Assembly (NCBI GenBank): GCA_963812015.1
Contig: CAWETI010000003.1
Location: 1,504,001-1,568,000 of the forward strand
Source: an uncultured delta proteobacterium
Lineage (GTDB): Bacteria; Desulfobacterota; Desulfobaccia; Desulfobaccales; 0-14-0-80-60-11
Direction: 5' to 3'
DNA: 64,000 bases
A program made the position numbers and the translations under genes. The notes beneath the pieces are model-generated. The model saw only the letters and a list, made by a program, of their open reading frames with translations, had not been told where the DNA came from and did no database searches. Of this stretch, positions 28,389 through 38,085 are shown in pieces. Each line of letters starts with the position of its first letter. The first letter of the stretch is position 1.

Positions 28389-29861
28389 ATGACAACCACG
28401 ATTCTCCTTGCCGATGAGCAACAGATTGTGCGTCAGGGTCTCCGGGCGTTATTGGATCGAGAGGCTGACCTCGAGGTGGTGGGGGAAGCGGCTACCGGGC
28501 CAATGCTGGTGCCGCTGGTGCGAGATCTGGCCCCTGACCTGGTACTTTTAGACCTGGCCCTGCCCGATCTGCACAGCGTGGAGGGGATACGGCAAATCCT
28601 GGCCGCATCTCCCCGAAGTAGAATCATCGCCCTGTCCATTTATGCCGACCGGCGCTTTGTGGTCAACATCCTCAAAGCCGGCGCCTCAGGTTATCTCTTG
28701 AAAGACTGTGCTTTTGAGGAGTTGGCCAAAGCTATCCGAATCGTCCAGGCACATAAGACCTTCATCAGTTCGGATCTGGCTGATAACGTCACCCAGGATT
28801 ATATCGAGGCTTTGGGCCAAAGTGAGGCGCGCTTTCGCACCATCTTCGAAGGGACGAACCTGGGTATTGCCTTGGTGGATAAAGCTGGCCGCATCGTCGA
28901 AACCAATCCTGCCTTGCAACGAATGCTGGGGTACAGCCCGGCGGAGATCCTCAATCAGCTGTTCACCCTTTTTATCTTGCCGGAAGACGTCTCCCGGTGC
29001 CAGGCCCTATTCCGGGAATTGGTGGAAGGGGAACGAGACTCTTATCACGGAGAGAAAAAATATCTTCGCCAAGATGGCCACACGGCCTGGGGCCGCTTGA
29101 CCGTTTCCCCATTTCAAGGCGTCAAGGGCGAGGGCCAGTTCGCCGTCTGCCTGCTGGAAGATATCACCAGCCAGAAACAGGCCGAAAAAGAAATCCGCAC
29201 TTACCAGGAACAACTCCGGTCCGTGGCCTCGGAATTGTCCCTGATGGAAGAACGGGAACGGCGCCGTCTGGCCACTGACCTCCATGACCACGTGGGCCAG
29301 ATTTTGGCTCTGGCCCAAATCAAGCTGGGGGCCATGCGGGCATCCGCCGCCTCCACTCAGCTGGCCGAGCCTCTGGATGAGGTCCGGCGGCTCATCGAGC
29401 AGACCATCCAGTATACCCGGTCTTTGAGCTTTGAATTAAGTCCCCCCATCCTCTATGATCTCGGATTTGAGGCGGCGGTGGAATGGCTGGCCGAGTTAAT
29501 GCAGGAGCAACATGGCCTGACGATCAAAGTCGAGACGGATCGGTCTGCCAAGCCCATAGGTGACGAGATTCGCGTTATCCTGTTCCAGACGGTGCGGGAC
29601 TTGTTGACTAACTTGGTCAAACAAGGCTTCGCCAAGCATATCCGGGTGTTTATGGCGAGACGGGATGGCAGCTTAGAGGTCAAGGTAGAAGATGACGGCC
29701 TGGGGCTGGGGAGTGCTGCCCACTCATCCTTAGACGGCCCGAATGGGTTTAGTATGTTTAGCATCCAAGAGCGCTTGAAGTATTTGGGCGGTAACCTGGA
29801 AGTGGAATCGGAACAGGGGTGGGGAACCAGGGTTACCTTGCGGGTACCATTGAAATATTGA
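28389..29861 (+). CDS. Hybrid sensor: NarL-type REC, PAS, HisKA_3 and HATPase domains
   Basis: ILLADEQ...LLDLALP REC; PAS FRTIFE...; EERERRRLATDLHDHVGQ; EDDGLG. Confidence 0.88.
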   Translation: MTTTILLADEQQIVRQGLRALLDREADLEVVGEAATGPMLVPLVRDLAPDLVLLDLALPDLHSVEGIRQILAASPRSRIIALSIYADRRFVVNILKAGASGYLLKDCAFEELAKAIRIVQAHKTFISSDLADNVTQDYIEALGQSEARFRTIFEGTNLGIALVDKAGRIVETNPALQRMLGYSPAEILNQLFTLFILPEDVSRCQALFRELVEGERDSYHGEKKYLRQDGHTAWGRLTVSPFQGVKGEGQFAVCLLEDITSQKQAEKEIRTYQEQLRSVASELSLMEERERRRLATDLHDHVGQILALAQIKLGAMRASAASTQLAEPLDEVRRLIEQTIQYTRSLSFELSPPILYDLGFEAAVEWLAELMQEQHGLTIKVETDRSAKPIGDEIRVILFQTVRDLLTNLVKQGFAKHIRVFMARRDGSLEVKVEDDGLGLGSAAHSSLDGPNGFSMFSIQERLKYLGGNLEVESEQGWGTRVTLRVPLKY

Positions 29862-29880
29862 GAAAGGGGAGGGGGCCTCA

Positions 29881-30534
29881 ATGACAGTCAAGATTCTGAT
29901 CGCCGATGACCACCAGATTGTTCGTCAGGGACTGCGTTTTTTGCTGGAGAAGGAGGCCGACCTCAAAGTGGTGGCCGAGGCCGATGATGGACGGACGACG
30001 GTGCGCTTGGCCCGGGAGTTGAACCCCGGGGTGATCATTATGGATGTGGCCATGCCCGATCTCAACGGCATCGAGGCCACTCGCCAGATCATTGCGGAGT
30101 CCCCCGCCACCAAGGTGATTGCCCTCTCCATGTATGCCGACCGCCGATTCGTGATCAACATGCTGAAGGCCGGCGCTTCGGGCTATCTCTTGAAAGATTG
30201 CGCCTTCGAAGAGCTGACCCGGGCCATCCGGGTGGTGCTGGTGCATAAAACCTATCTGAGTCCTGGCGTGACCGATATTTTGGTCAAGGACTGCAAGTTC
30301 GGCGCCCCGGAAAATGAGATTTCGGCTTTCGGGCTTTTGACCCCCAGGGAGCGGGAAGTCCTCCAGCTCATGTCCGAAGGGAATTCCACTACCAAAATCG
30401 CCGATAATCTCCATGTGAGCGTCAAGACCGTGGAGAGCCACCGGCAGCAGCTCATGCAAAAGCTGAATTTGCGGAGCGTGGCGGAACTCACCAAGTATGC
30501 CATTCGGGAAGGCCTGACCTCTTTGGGGAACTGA
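29881..30534 (+). CDS. NarL/LuxR family DNA-binding response regulator
   Basis: ADDHQIVRQG, IMDVAMP, LTPREREVL...IA..L..SVKTVESHR. Confidence 0.95.
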   Translation: MTVKILIADDHQIVRQGLRFLLEKEADLKVVAEADDGRTTVRLARELNPGVIIMDVAMPDLNGIEATRQIIAESPATKVIALSMYADRRFVINMLKAGASGYLLKDCAFEELTRAIRVVLVHKTYLSPGVTDILVKDCKFGAPENEISAFGLLTPREREVLQLMSEGNSTTKIADNLHVSVKTVESHRQQLMQKLNLRSVAELTKYAIREGLTSLGN

Positions 30535-30739
30535 GGGCGGGTTGATCTTCCCGGATAAGCGTGGTCTGACCAATAAAAATTCCTGAAAACTATCCCCTTC
30601 CGGGGGGGGGCGGCCGGGCTTATCCTCTCGCTGCTTGCATCTCTCCCCCTAACCTCTCCTTTGGCCCTTTGCCGATGCTCGTGCGATTGGCAGTGGCGGC
30701 CATGTTTCGCCTCCAGCCAATTATAATGGAGTTTGTGCC

Positions 30740-30768
30740 TTGACCGTGGTTTCCTTTAAGGTTATTCT
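30740..30768 (+). promoter_or_regulatory. Putative sigma70 promoter of rplY
   Basis: TTGACC-17 nt-TATTCT. Confidence 0.5.
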
Positions 30769-30917
30769 TAATGGTTAGGAATTGATGGAGTTGGTCAAGT
30801 GCCTCCTGGATGCCCGAACCGGGTGTCTTTGCCAAACCAATACTAGAAAGGCGATGCTAATCCGACGGACCGAGCCGGTCAACATCCGTTGGGTCACAGG
30901 CGCTCGAGGGGTTACGT

Positions 30918-31553
30918 ATGAGTCATAAAGTTGTTCTGCAAGCTACCAAGCGTGAGGTCATCGGCAAACAAGTGGGCGCCTTGCGCCGGGCCGGGAAGCT
31001 GCCGGCCGTGCTCTACGGGCACCAAATCAAGTCGATGCCCATCATGCTGGACCCCCTCGAAGCGTCCCGGACCCTGGCCCACCTGACCTCGTCCAGCCTG
31101 GTGACCATCGACCTGGACGGCCAAGAGTATCCGGCCCTGGTGCGCGAAAAACAGGTCGATTTCATGAAGAATAACCGCCTCCTGCACCTGGATTTCCAGG
31201 TCATCTCCCTGACCGAGAAGATCCGCACCAAGGTCGGCATCGAGCTGGTCGGCAAGGCCCCGGCGGTCAAAGACTTCTTCGCCGTGATCGCCACCGGCTT
31301 AACTGAGCTGGAGGTCGAGTGCATGGCCCAGGCGCTGCCGGAGCGGATCGTGGTCGACATCTCCGGCCTGGCCGAAATTGGCGATGCCATCCACGTGCGC
31401 GACGTCGTCCTGCCTGATATGGTGGAAGTTCTGGACGATAAGGACGAGATGATCGCGGTCGCTTCCGCCACCAAGGAAGAGCAGATCGTCGCGGAGGCCC
31501 CGGGCGAAGCAGAAGCCGAGCCCGAGGTAATCGAATCCGGCAAGAAGGAATAG
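30918..31553 (+). CDS. rplY: 50S ribosomal protein L25/Ctc
   Basis: LRRAGKLPAVLYG, LLHLDF, LPERIVVDIS.L.IGDAIHVRD, EPEVI..GKKE. Confidence 0.93.
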   Translation: MSHKVVLQATKREVIGKQVGALRRAGKLPAVLYGHQIKSMPIMLDPLEASRTLAHLTSSSLVTIDLDGQEYPALVREKQVDFMKNNRLLHLDFQVISLTEKIRTKVGIELVGKAPAVKDFFAVIATGLTELEVECMAQALPERIVVDISGLAEIGDAIHVRDVVLPDMVEVLDDKDEMIAVASATKEEQIVAEAPGEAEAEPEVIESGKKE

Positions 31554-31643
31554 GCAGTCCCTTTAGGAAAGTCCTTATCGAGGGTGAGGCGTAATCCCCC
31601 GATCAACCGGAACCAGCGGCTATAAGCCTCATATTGATATTCG

Positions 31644-31675
31644 AGCCTTGGGTCAAAAGCCCAAGGCTTATTTTC
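31644..31675 (+). terminator. Putative intrinsic terminator downstream of rplY
   Basis: agccttggg-tcaaaag-cccaaggct followed by tattttc. Confidence 0.55.
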
Positions 31676-32207
31676 ATAGGGGCGCGATCCGCTGGCTTCA
31701 GCCCCATATCACCCGGCCCCAATATGGGGCTAACCAGGACCTCTTACCCCCCCTTAGCCTGATGATTTGCCGTTATTCACGCCGGTATTCCGCCCTTCTT
31801 GTCTATCAGACGCCTGAAAATTTCCTTACCACAAATGCCCCCCTGGGATATGGAGACCTGGGCATGGAGCCTCGGCTTTTCCTCTATCTCACCTTTATCG
31901 GCCAGTGCTGGTCTGGGATTCAGGGGTCGCCACCCCACCGGGAATCAGCGAAATAGGGGGATAGTATGGCCAAAATTTGCCAACCAGGCACTTTGTCTGG
32001 AAAATATGTGCTATCGTGGTTCTGGCGAGGCGATCTGACCAAAAAAGAAAAACCTTTGCGGGATGAGAGCCGGGATGTAAGATCGCCAAAAGAGTTTTTG
32101 ACTGCGGAGGTCAAGGTTGCCGCATAATCTCCGCCTATTATGAAAAAAAGGGCTGCCGACAATACCTGGCGGGAACCGGTTTTGAATCTTTTTTCTGAGG
32201 AAAAGGG

Positions 32208-33632
32208 ATGAAAGTCCTCTTTTTGCAATCCCTCAGCTATCCCTTTATCGGCATCATGTCCCTCTCGGCGGTATTGCGCCGAAGTGGACATCGGACCAGC
32301 CTCCAATTCCTCAATTTCAACTGCCCTACCCGCGAGGATTTTCACCGCATCCGGGAGGTTGCGCCTGGCCTGATCGCCATTCCGGTCTATACCGGCTGGC
32401 AAAGCAGCATTCTAAAATTTTGCCGCCAGTTGAAAGAGAAAACTGACATCCCCATTATCGTGGGTGGTCCCCATCCGACCCATTGCCCCGAGATTCTCAA
32501 TGACCCGGCCCTGGATTACCTCTGCGTGGGGGAAGGAGAGGTTTCTTTCCTGGAACTGACCGACCGCCTGGGGCAGGGCCGGCCCGCTGAGGATATCCCC
32601 GGCATCTGGGTGAAGAAAAACGGCGTTGTCACGGATAACGGGATTTCGCCTCTGCCCCACCTGCCGGATCTCCCTCCCATGGATATCGATCTTTACTGCC
32701 GGGCCAGCGAGGCCATCCGCCTCCAAAATAACCGAGAGTTCAGCCTGAACCGCGGCTGTCCTTTCCGCTGCACTTATTGCAACGCACCCCTGTTGCGCTC
32801 TCTGTACGGCAAGGCGGCGGTGCGCTCCAAGACGGTGGAACAGGCCATGGAGGAAATCCATTATGTTTATAGCCGGTATCCTTTTAAATCGGCTTATTTC
32901 ACCAGCGACAATCTCTTCTTAAGCAAAGATTTCGCGCACCGGTTGTTGCCTCGATTTAAACAGGAAATCGGCGTCCCCTTTTCCTGCCAGATGCGCGTCG
33001 AACTCATTGACGCCGGGGTGGCCCGCATACTGCGGGAATCTGGCTGCCACATGGTGGGAGTGGGGCTTGAAAGCGGCTCTCCCCGAGTCCGCCGGGAAAT
33101 CCTGGGCCGGTCCATGAGCAACCAGGCCCTGATCCGGGGCTGCCGCCACTTACAGGCGGAGGGAATCAGGATCAACGCTTACAATATGATGGGCATTCCC
33201 GGAGAAACCTTTCCCGAGGCCCTGGAGACCCTGGCCCTCAACATCGAAATCAAACCCACCACCAGCTGGATCTCCTTCTTCCAGCCTTATCCAGGCACCA
33301 AGTTGACCCGGACCCTGCTGGAGAAGGGAGTCATCACCCCGGACATATTCGACCGCATCCCATCCAGCTATTTTGAAAAAAGTGTGATAATAAAGGAAAA
33401 TCTTTGGATATGGACGAACTTGCAGCGACTATTCCAACTACTGGTGCTCTACCCGAGCCTGGCAAAACTGGTGGACAAACTTTGCCGGGTCAGGATTCCC
33501 TGGATTTATGACCTGTTTTTCGTCACTTCGTTTTATCGTTACGTGCGGCTGGCGTATAATAAGGGCCGGTTAGAGACCTTGAACAAGGTCCTACGGAATG
33601 CCTGGGAAGCGGCCCGGGCCGCCGTCAAATGA
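32208..33632 (+). CDS. Cobalamin-binding radical SAM protein
   Basis: VGGPHPT, VGEGE, RGCPFRCTYC, GLESGS, MMGIPGET, PYPGT. Confidence 0.9.
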   Translation: MKVLFLQSLSYPFIGIMSLSAVLRRSGHRTSLQFLNFNCPTREDFHRIREVAPGLIAIPVYTGWQSSILKFCRQLKEKTDIPIIVGGPHPTHCPEILNDPALDYLCVGEGEVSFLELTDRLGQGRPAEDIPGIWVKKNGVVTDNGISPLPHLPDLPPMDIDLYCRASEAIRLQNNREFSLNRGCPFRCTYCNAPLLRSLYGKAAVRSKTVEQAMEEIHYVYSRYPFKSAYFTSDNLFLSKDFAHRLLPRFKQEIGVPFSCQMRVELIDAGVARILRESGCHMVGVGLESGSPRVRREILGRSMSNQALIRGCRHLQAEGIRINAYNMMGIPGETFPEALETLALNIEIKPTTSWISFFQPYPGTKLTRTLLEKGVITPDIFDRIPSSYFEKSVIIKENLWIWTNLQRLFQLLVLYPSLAKLVDKLCRVRIPWIYDLFFVTSFYRYVRLAYNKGRLETLNKVLRNAWEAARAAVK

Positions 33633-33650
33633 TACAGGCTCAAGATTGAC

Positions 33651-34982
33651 ATGCTGACAACCACCCCTTCAAGCTCCCGCACCCACGGCCTGGCTTCCCT
33701 CGGGATAGCCGCCCTGTTCCTGGTGATTCCCGTGGTCCTGTTTTGGCGTCCTTATTTCTTTTACATGCTTGACGACTGGACTTCCCTCATCCACATGGTC
33801 CAGTATCCCTTCGGTCAATACCTGATCAGCCCGGATGGGGAACAGTGGTTTCCGGTTTTCTACCTGGCTTTTTACGGGCTCGTGAAGCTGGCTGGGGAAC
33901 GCTATTATCTTTTGGTCCTGGTTAATTGCCTGGGGACCGGGGTTACCACCTGGCTGCTGTACTGCTTCTTGAAGAGACATTTTCGTACCGGGGTTTCCCT
34001 GGTTTTAAGCTTGCTCTATGCCAGCGCCGCGCTCCACCACGCCATCGCCTGGAACAGCTTTTACCTGTGCTACCTCATGAGCCTGGGCTTCTTTTTGGGA
34101 GGACTGCTGCTCACCGACAGCTACCTCAAGGCCCCCTCTTATGCCAGGCTGATGGGGATTGGGGTCTGCGCCCTGCTCTCCATCCTCTCCCATAACTTTA
34201 CCCTCCTGGGCCTGCTGGCCTACCCCTTGTACGCCCTCCTGGCCCGGGACGACGCGACCCGTCATTTTAAGGCTCTCCTGGTCACCGTGGGGATCGTCTA
34301 TCTGCTCTTCACTTGGGGCTATCTCACGTTCCCCGGTCTTAAGGCCACAGCCAGTCACAATCCCCGGGTTCTCACGGCCCTCCCCGGCCTGGGCTATTTG
34401 GGGCACATGCTGGCGGGCGCCTTTCTGGCCCCCTTTTTCTATCTCTTCTGGGGCTACTACCATTTCCCGGTTTGGGCCATCGTGGCCGGCGTCTCTTTGC
34501 TCGGCATTTGTCTGGCGCTCATCTGGCTGGCGGGGAACCAGCGCCAGCGCCGCTGGCTGCTGTGGATCCTTCTCCTCAATCTGCTGCCCTTTGTGCTCCT
34601 TTCCCTCACCCGTTACCAGAAATCCTTCAACCAGGCCTTCGTGGCCCGATACGGGATTTTTACCTTGATCGGGGCGCTCCTGTTGCTGGGCACGGCCTGG
34701 AGTCTGATCGCCCCGAGAATCCCGGCGCGGCCCTGGGGGCGCATCCTGTTGGGGGGTCTGTTGGCTTGCATGCTGGCCGGGCAGTTATTGAGTCTTCCCC
34801 GGTGGCAAAAAAAATACCGGGAAATCAGCCGCTGGTCGGAGCAATGCTATCGGGAATTTAACCGACCCGAGGGGGGGACCGACTTCCCGGTGGAAGCCTT
34901 CGGCAAATTCTGCCCCGGGGCCTACCCCCAACTGACCCGGAGCCAGATGCAGGCCATTCACCGTTTTCTGACCAAACCTTGA
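33651..34982 (+). CDS. Polytopic membrane protein, GT-C glycosyltransferase-like
   Basis: About 11-12 TM segments, DDW in the first loop, late RY motif. Confidence 0.55.
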   Translation: MLTTTPSSSRTHGLASLGIAALFLVIPVVLFWRPYFFYMLDDWTSLIHMVQYPFGQYLISPDGEQWFPVFYLAFYGLVKLAGERYYLLVLVNCLGTGVTTWLLYCFLKRHFRTGVSLVLSLLYASAALHHAIAWNSFYLCYLMSLGFFLGGLLLTDSYLKAPSYARLMGIGVCALLSILSHNFTLLGLLAYPLYALLARDDATRHFKALLVTVGIVYLLFTWGYLTFPGLKATASHNPRVLTALPGLGYLGHMLAGAFLAPFFYLFWGYYHFPVWAIVAGVSLLGICLALIWLAGNQRQRRWLLWILLLNLLPFVLLSLTRYQKSFNQAFVARYGIFTLIGALLLLGTAWSLIAPRIPARPWGRILLGGLLACMLAGQLLSLPRWQKKYREISRWSEQCYREFNRPEGGTDFPVEAFGKFCPGAYPQLTRSQMQAIHRFLTKP

Positions 34983-35255
34983 ACCAACCGTCCAGATTTT
35001 ATCCGGTCTCGATGTGCCGGTGCTCAGCTTCAGTCTGGTTGATTAAACCCCAGCCGATAATCCCCGTCATCTCCCGGACTTCCTCCTCCCGCCTGCCACC
35101 CTGCTATTGTCTGGACAAAGATGCGAAGCTCGGATAAAATTCCCCTATTCTAAAGAGGTTCGTCCGGAGCAGTGGGCCTGGCCGGCGCCGTGGGGCGTCC
35201 GGGCCAGGTGTCGATATGGCCTCCGAGGACTGGCCCCACGAGGTTAAGCTCAACG

Positions 35256-36710
35256 ATGAAACGCACCCTGTTGCTCAACCCGCCGTCTTTCCAGGATTTT
35301 GACGGCGGGGCCGGTTCGCGCTATCAGGCCACCCGTGAAGTGACGTCTTTCTGGTATCCCACTTGGCTGTGCTACCCCGCCGGTCTCATCCCGGACAGCC
35401 GGGTGGTGGACGCGCCCCCGGAAAATCTGACGGTATCCCAGGTGGCGGACCTGGGTGCGGACTTCGAGTTGGCCGTGCTCTTCACCTCCAAGCCGTCCTT
35501 CCAGCATGATCTGGCCACCGTCAGCCATCTCAAGGCCAAGAATCCCAAACTCCAGGTGGGCATGGTGGGGCCGCAAGTGAGCATCCTGCCCCAGGAATCC
35601 CTGCAAGCCGGCCCCCAATTGGATTTCGTGGTCCGCCGGGAGTTCGACTATGCCATCCCGGAGGTGGCCCAGGGACGGCCCTGGGACCAAATCCAGGGAC
35701 TGAGCTACTGGGCCGGCGGCCGCATCCACCACAACCAGGATCGGCCCTACGTCGAGGATTTGGACGCTCTTCCCATGGTCACCGAGATTTACCACCGGGA
35801 CCTGACCATGGAGCACTATCAAATCCCCTACCTGCGCTATCCTTACGTGTCGTTCTATACCGGCCGGGGCTGCCCGGGGCATTGCGTCTATTGTCTCTGG
35901 CCCCAGACCTTTACCGGCAGGCGCTACCGGGTCCGGAGCGTGCCCAACGTGGTGGCTGAGGTCCGCCGTTGCCTGGAGCTCTTTCCCCAGGCGGCCGAGA
36001 TCTTCTTCGACGACGACACCTTTACCGCCGATGGCGAGCGGGCCCGGCAGCTCAGCCGGGAATTCGCCCCCCTCAAGTTTGTCTGGTCCGCCACCGCCCG
36101 GGCCAACACCTCTTATGAGACCCTCAAGGCCATGAAGGAGGGGGGGCTGCGCCTCCTGGTGGTGGGGTTTGAGACCGGCGACCCCCAGGTCTTGAAAAAT
36201 ATCCGCAAGGGCGTCACCCTGGACCTGGGACGCCGCCTGGCCAAATGGTGCCGGGAATTGGGCATCCAAATCCACGGCACCTTCATGGTGGGGCTGCCGG
36301 GAGAGACCAAAGCGTCCATCGAGGCCTCCATCCGCTTTGCCTGCGAACTGGACCCGGACACCATCCAGGTCTCCCTGGCCACCCCTTACCCGGGTACGGA
36401 ATTCTACGATTTCTGCCGGGAGCAGGGCTTCTTGCAGGATGACACCCTGGTCAACGGCGCCACCGGCTTCCAACAGTGCGTGGTGGATTATCCCGGCCTG
36501 GCCGCATCCGACATCTTCCAGGCGTTGCCCCAATTTTACCGCCGGTTTTACTTCCGGCCCCGCTACATGGCCCGGGCGGCCCTGGTCATGATGCGGGACC
36601 CGGTGGAACGGCGCCGCTTGCTCAAGGAAGGCCGCCAGTTCTTAAGCTTCATGTTTAAACGGCGTCAGTGTCAGCAAACCCCGGTGGCCCAGGGCAAGCG
36701 CTGTCCATGA
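35256..36710 (+). CDS. hpnJ: Hopanoid biosynthesis-associated radical SAM protein HpnJ
   Basis: LNPPSFQDFDGGAGSRYQA.REV.SFWYPTWL; GRGCPGHCVYCLWPQT; FFDDDTF. Confidence 0.92.
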   Translation: MKRTLLLNPPSFQDFDGGAGSRYQATREVTSFWYPTWLCYPAGLIPDSRVVDAPPENLTVSQVADLGADFELAVLFTSKPSFQHDLATVSHLKAKNPKLQVGMVGPQVSILPQESLQAGPQLDFVVRREFDYAIPEVAQGRPWDQIQGLSYWAGGRIHHNQDRPYVEDLDALPMVTEIYHRDLTMEHYQIPYLRYPYVSFYTGRGCPGHCVYCLWPQTFTGRRYRVRSVPNVVAEVRRCLELFPQAAEIFFDDDTFTADGERARQLSREFAPLKFVWSATARANTSYETLKAMKEGGLRLLVVGFETGDPQVLKNIRKGVTLDLGRRLAKWCRELGIQIHGTFMVGLPGETKASIEASIRFACELDPDTIQVSLATPYPGTEFYDFCREQGFLQDDTLVNGATGFQQCVVDYPGLAASDIFQALPQFYRRFYFRPRYMARAALVMMRDPVERRRLLKEGRQFLSFMFKRRQCQQTPVAQGKRCP

Positions 36711-37780
36711 CCGCCTCCGAGCTCCTCCGCCTAGTTCTTCAGGGGGGGCCTGGTTTTTGCCAGATTGCCGTCACCAATTCCTGCAACGCCCGTTGCCGCT
36801 TTTGCAGCTTCCCCGGACTTCCCCCGGCGGAGCGGGTGATGGCCGAGCCAACCCGGCTCTTCCGGGGTCTTAAAGCCCTCAAAGACAAGGGCGTCGATTA
36901 TGTCTGCCTCACCGGCGGCGAACCCCTGCTCTATCCCGCCCTGCTGGACGCCCTGGGACGAGCCCGGGACCTGGCGATTCATACCATCCTGTGCACCAAC
37001 GGCGTGCTGCTGACCCCAGCTTTTATCCGGAATTTGCAGGCCGCCGGCCTGGAGACCCTGATCATCTCCATCGACGCCCCCGCGGCCGCCAGCCATGACG
37101 CCCACCGGGGGCTGCCGGGGCTCACCGGGCATATCCGCACGCTGCTGCCGGCCTTGCGCCGGGCCGGCCTGGACCCCGTGGCCTCCGTGACCTTGAGCCG
37201 CCTGGTGGGTGATTTGGGGGAGATGCTCCGGTTCCTGGAAGAGTTGGGGTTTCACCGGGTCACCTTTTCCTATCCCATCACCCGTCTGAACTCCACCTAC
37301 CTGGGGTTTGCCGACCACTATTCCGTCGACTTCACTCCCGCCGAACTCCATCGCTGGTTCAGCCTGGTGAGGGCGGCGAAGGCCGCGACCTCTCTGCAGA
37401 TCCTCAATCCTCGGCTGGGCCTGGACGATCTGATGCGGCAACTGGAGCACCGCCCCCCGCGCTTTCCCTGTCTGGCGGGATACAAGTACTTTTTCGTGGA
37501 CTGGCATCTTCAGGTGTATCGCTGCCATTACCTGGCCGATACCCTGGGACCCTTGGAAGAGATCGGTCAAATGCCCCCCATCCGGGACGGTTGCACCGCT
37601 TGCACCATCGACTGCTACCGGGACCCCAGCGTTTACCAGTACCTGGCGGTGTCGGTGGCCGATTCTCTGGCCGCCTTGCGGCAGGGCCAATTGCTTAAGG
37701 CCCTGGGCGCCTTGCTGCACCCCTATAACTTTCTTTCTCTGGCCGCCCTGCTGGAGGGCCGCCATTGGCTGCGGGGCTGA
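36707..37780 (+). CDS. Radical SAM protein with C-terminal Cys cluster (SPASM/twitch-like)
   Basis: CNARCRFC, TGGEP, TNG; CLAG...YRCH...CTACTIDCYRD. Confidence 0.85.
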   Translation: MTASELLRLVLQGGPGFCQIAVTNSCNARCRFCSFPGLPPAERVMAEPTRLFRGLKALKDKGVDYVCLTGGEPLLYPALLDALGRARDLAIHTILCTNGVLLTPAFIRNLQAAGLETLIISIDAPAAASHDAHRGLPGLTGHIRTLLPALRRAGLDPVASVTLSRLVGDLGEMLRFLEELGFHRVTFSYPITRLNSTYLGFADHYSVDFTPAELHRWFSLVRAAKAATSLQILNPRLGLDDLMRQLEHRPPRFPCLAGYKYFFVDWHLQVYRCHYLADTLGPLEEIGQMPPIRDGCTACTIDCYRDPSVYQYLAVSVADSLAALRQGQLLKALGALLHPYNFLSLAALLEGRHWLRG

Positions 37781-37839
37781 GCCCAGGCTTCGGGGCCCAG
37801 GGGAGGGAAGGGCGGGGGCATGTCTTTCCCGGACCCGTT

Positions 37840-37893
37840 TCTCGTTCCCAAGCTCCTGCTTGGGAACGCACTTGGGGCCAAAGCTCTGCTTAG
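37840..37893. repeat. Palindromic intergenic repeat
   Basis: cgttcccaagc-tcct-gcttgggaacg hairpin followed by aagctctgctt. Confidence 0.55.
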
Positions 37894-38085
37894 GCAAGTA
37901 GCTACATTTATGAAATGAGGATATCTCGTCTGCAAGAAGGCCAAAATCGTGCTTGAGCATTTAAGAAGCTTCATCGAGGGAGCCTGAAACCCAAAAGGGA
38001 ATCTTTGCTGGCACCGGCGTCTCGCCTGTGGGGTTCAGGCTGAAGCCTGCTGCTACCAAACCCGTTATTTGAACACTAATCTCTT

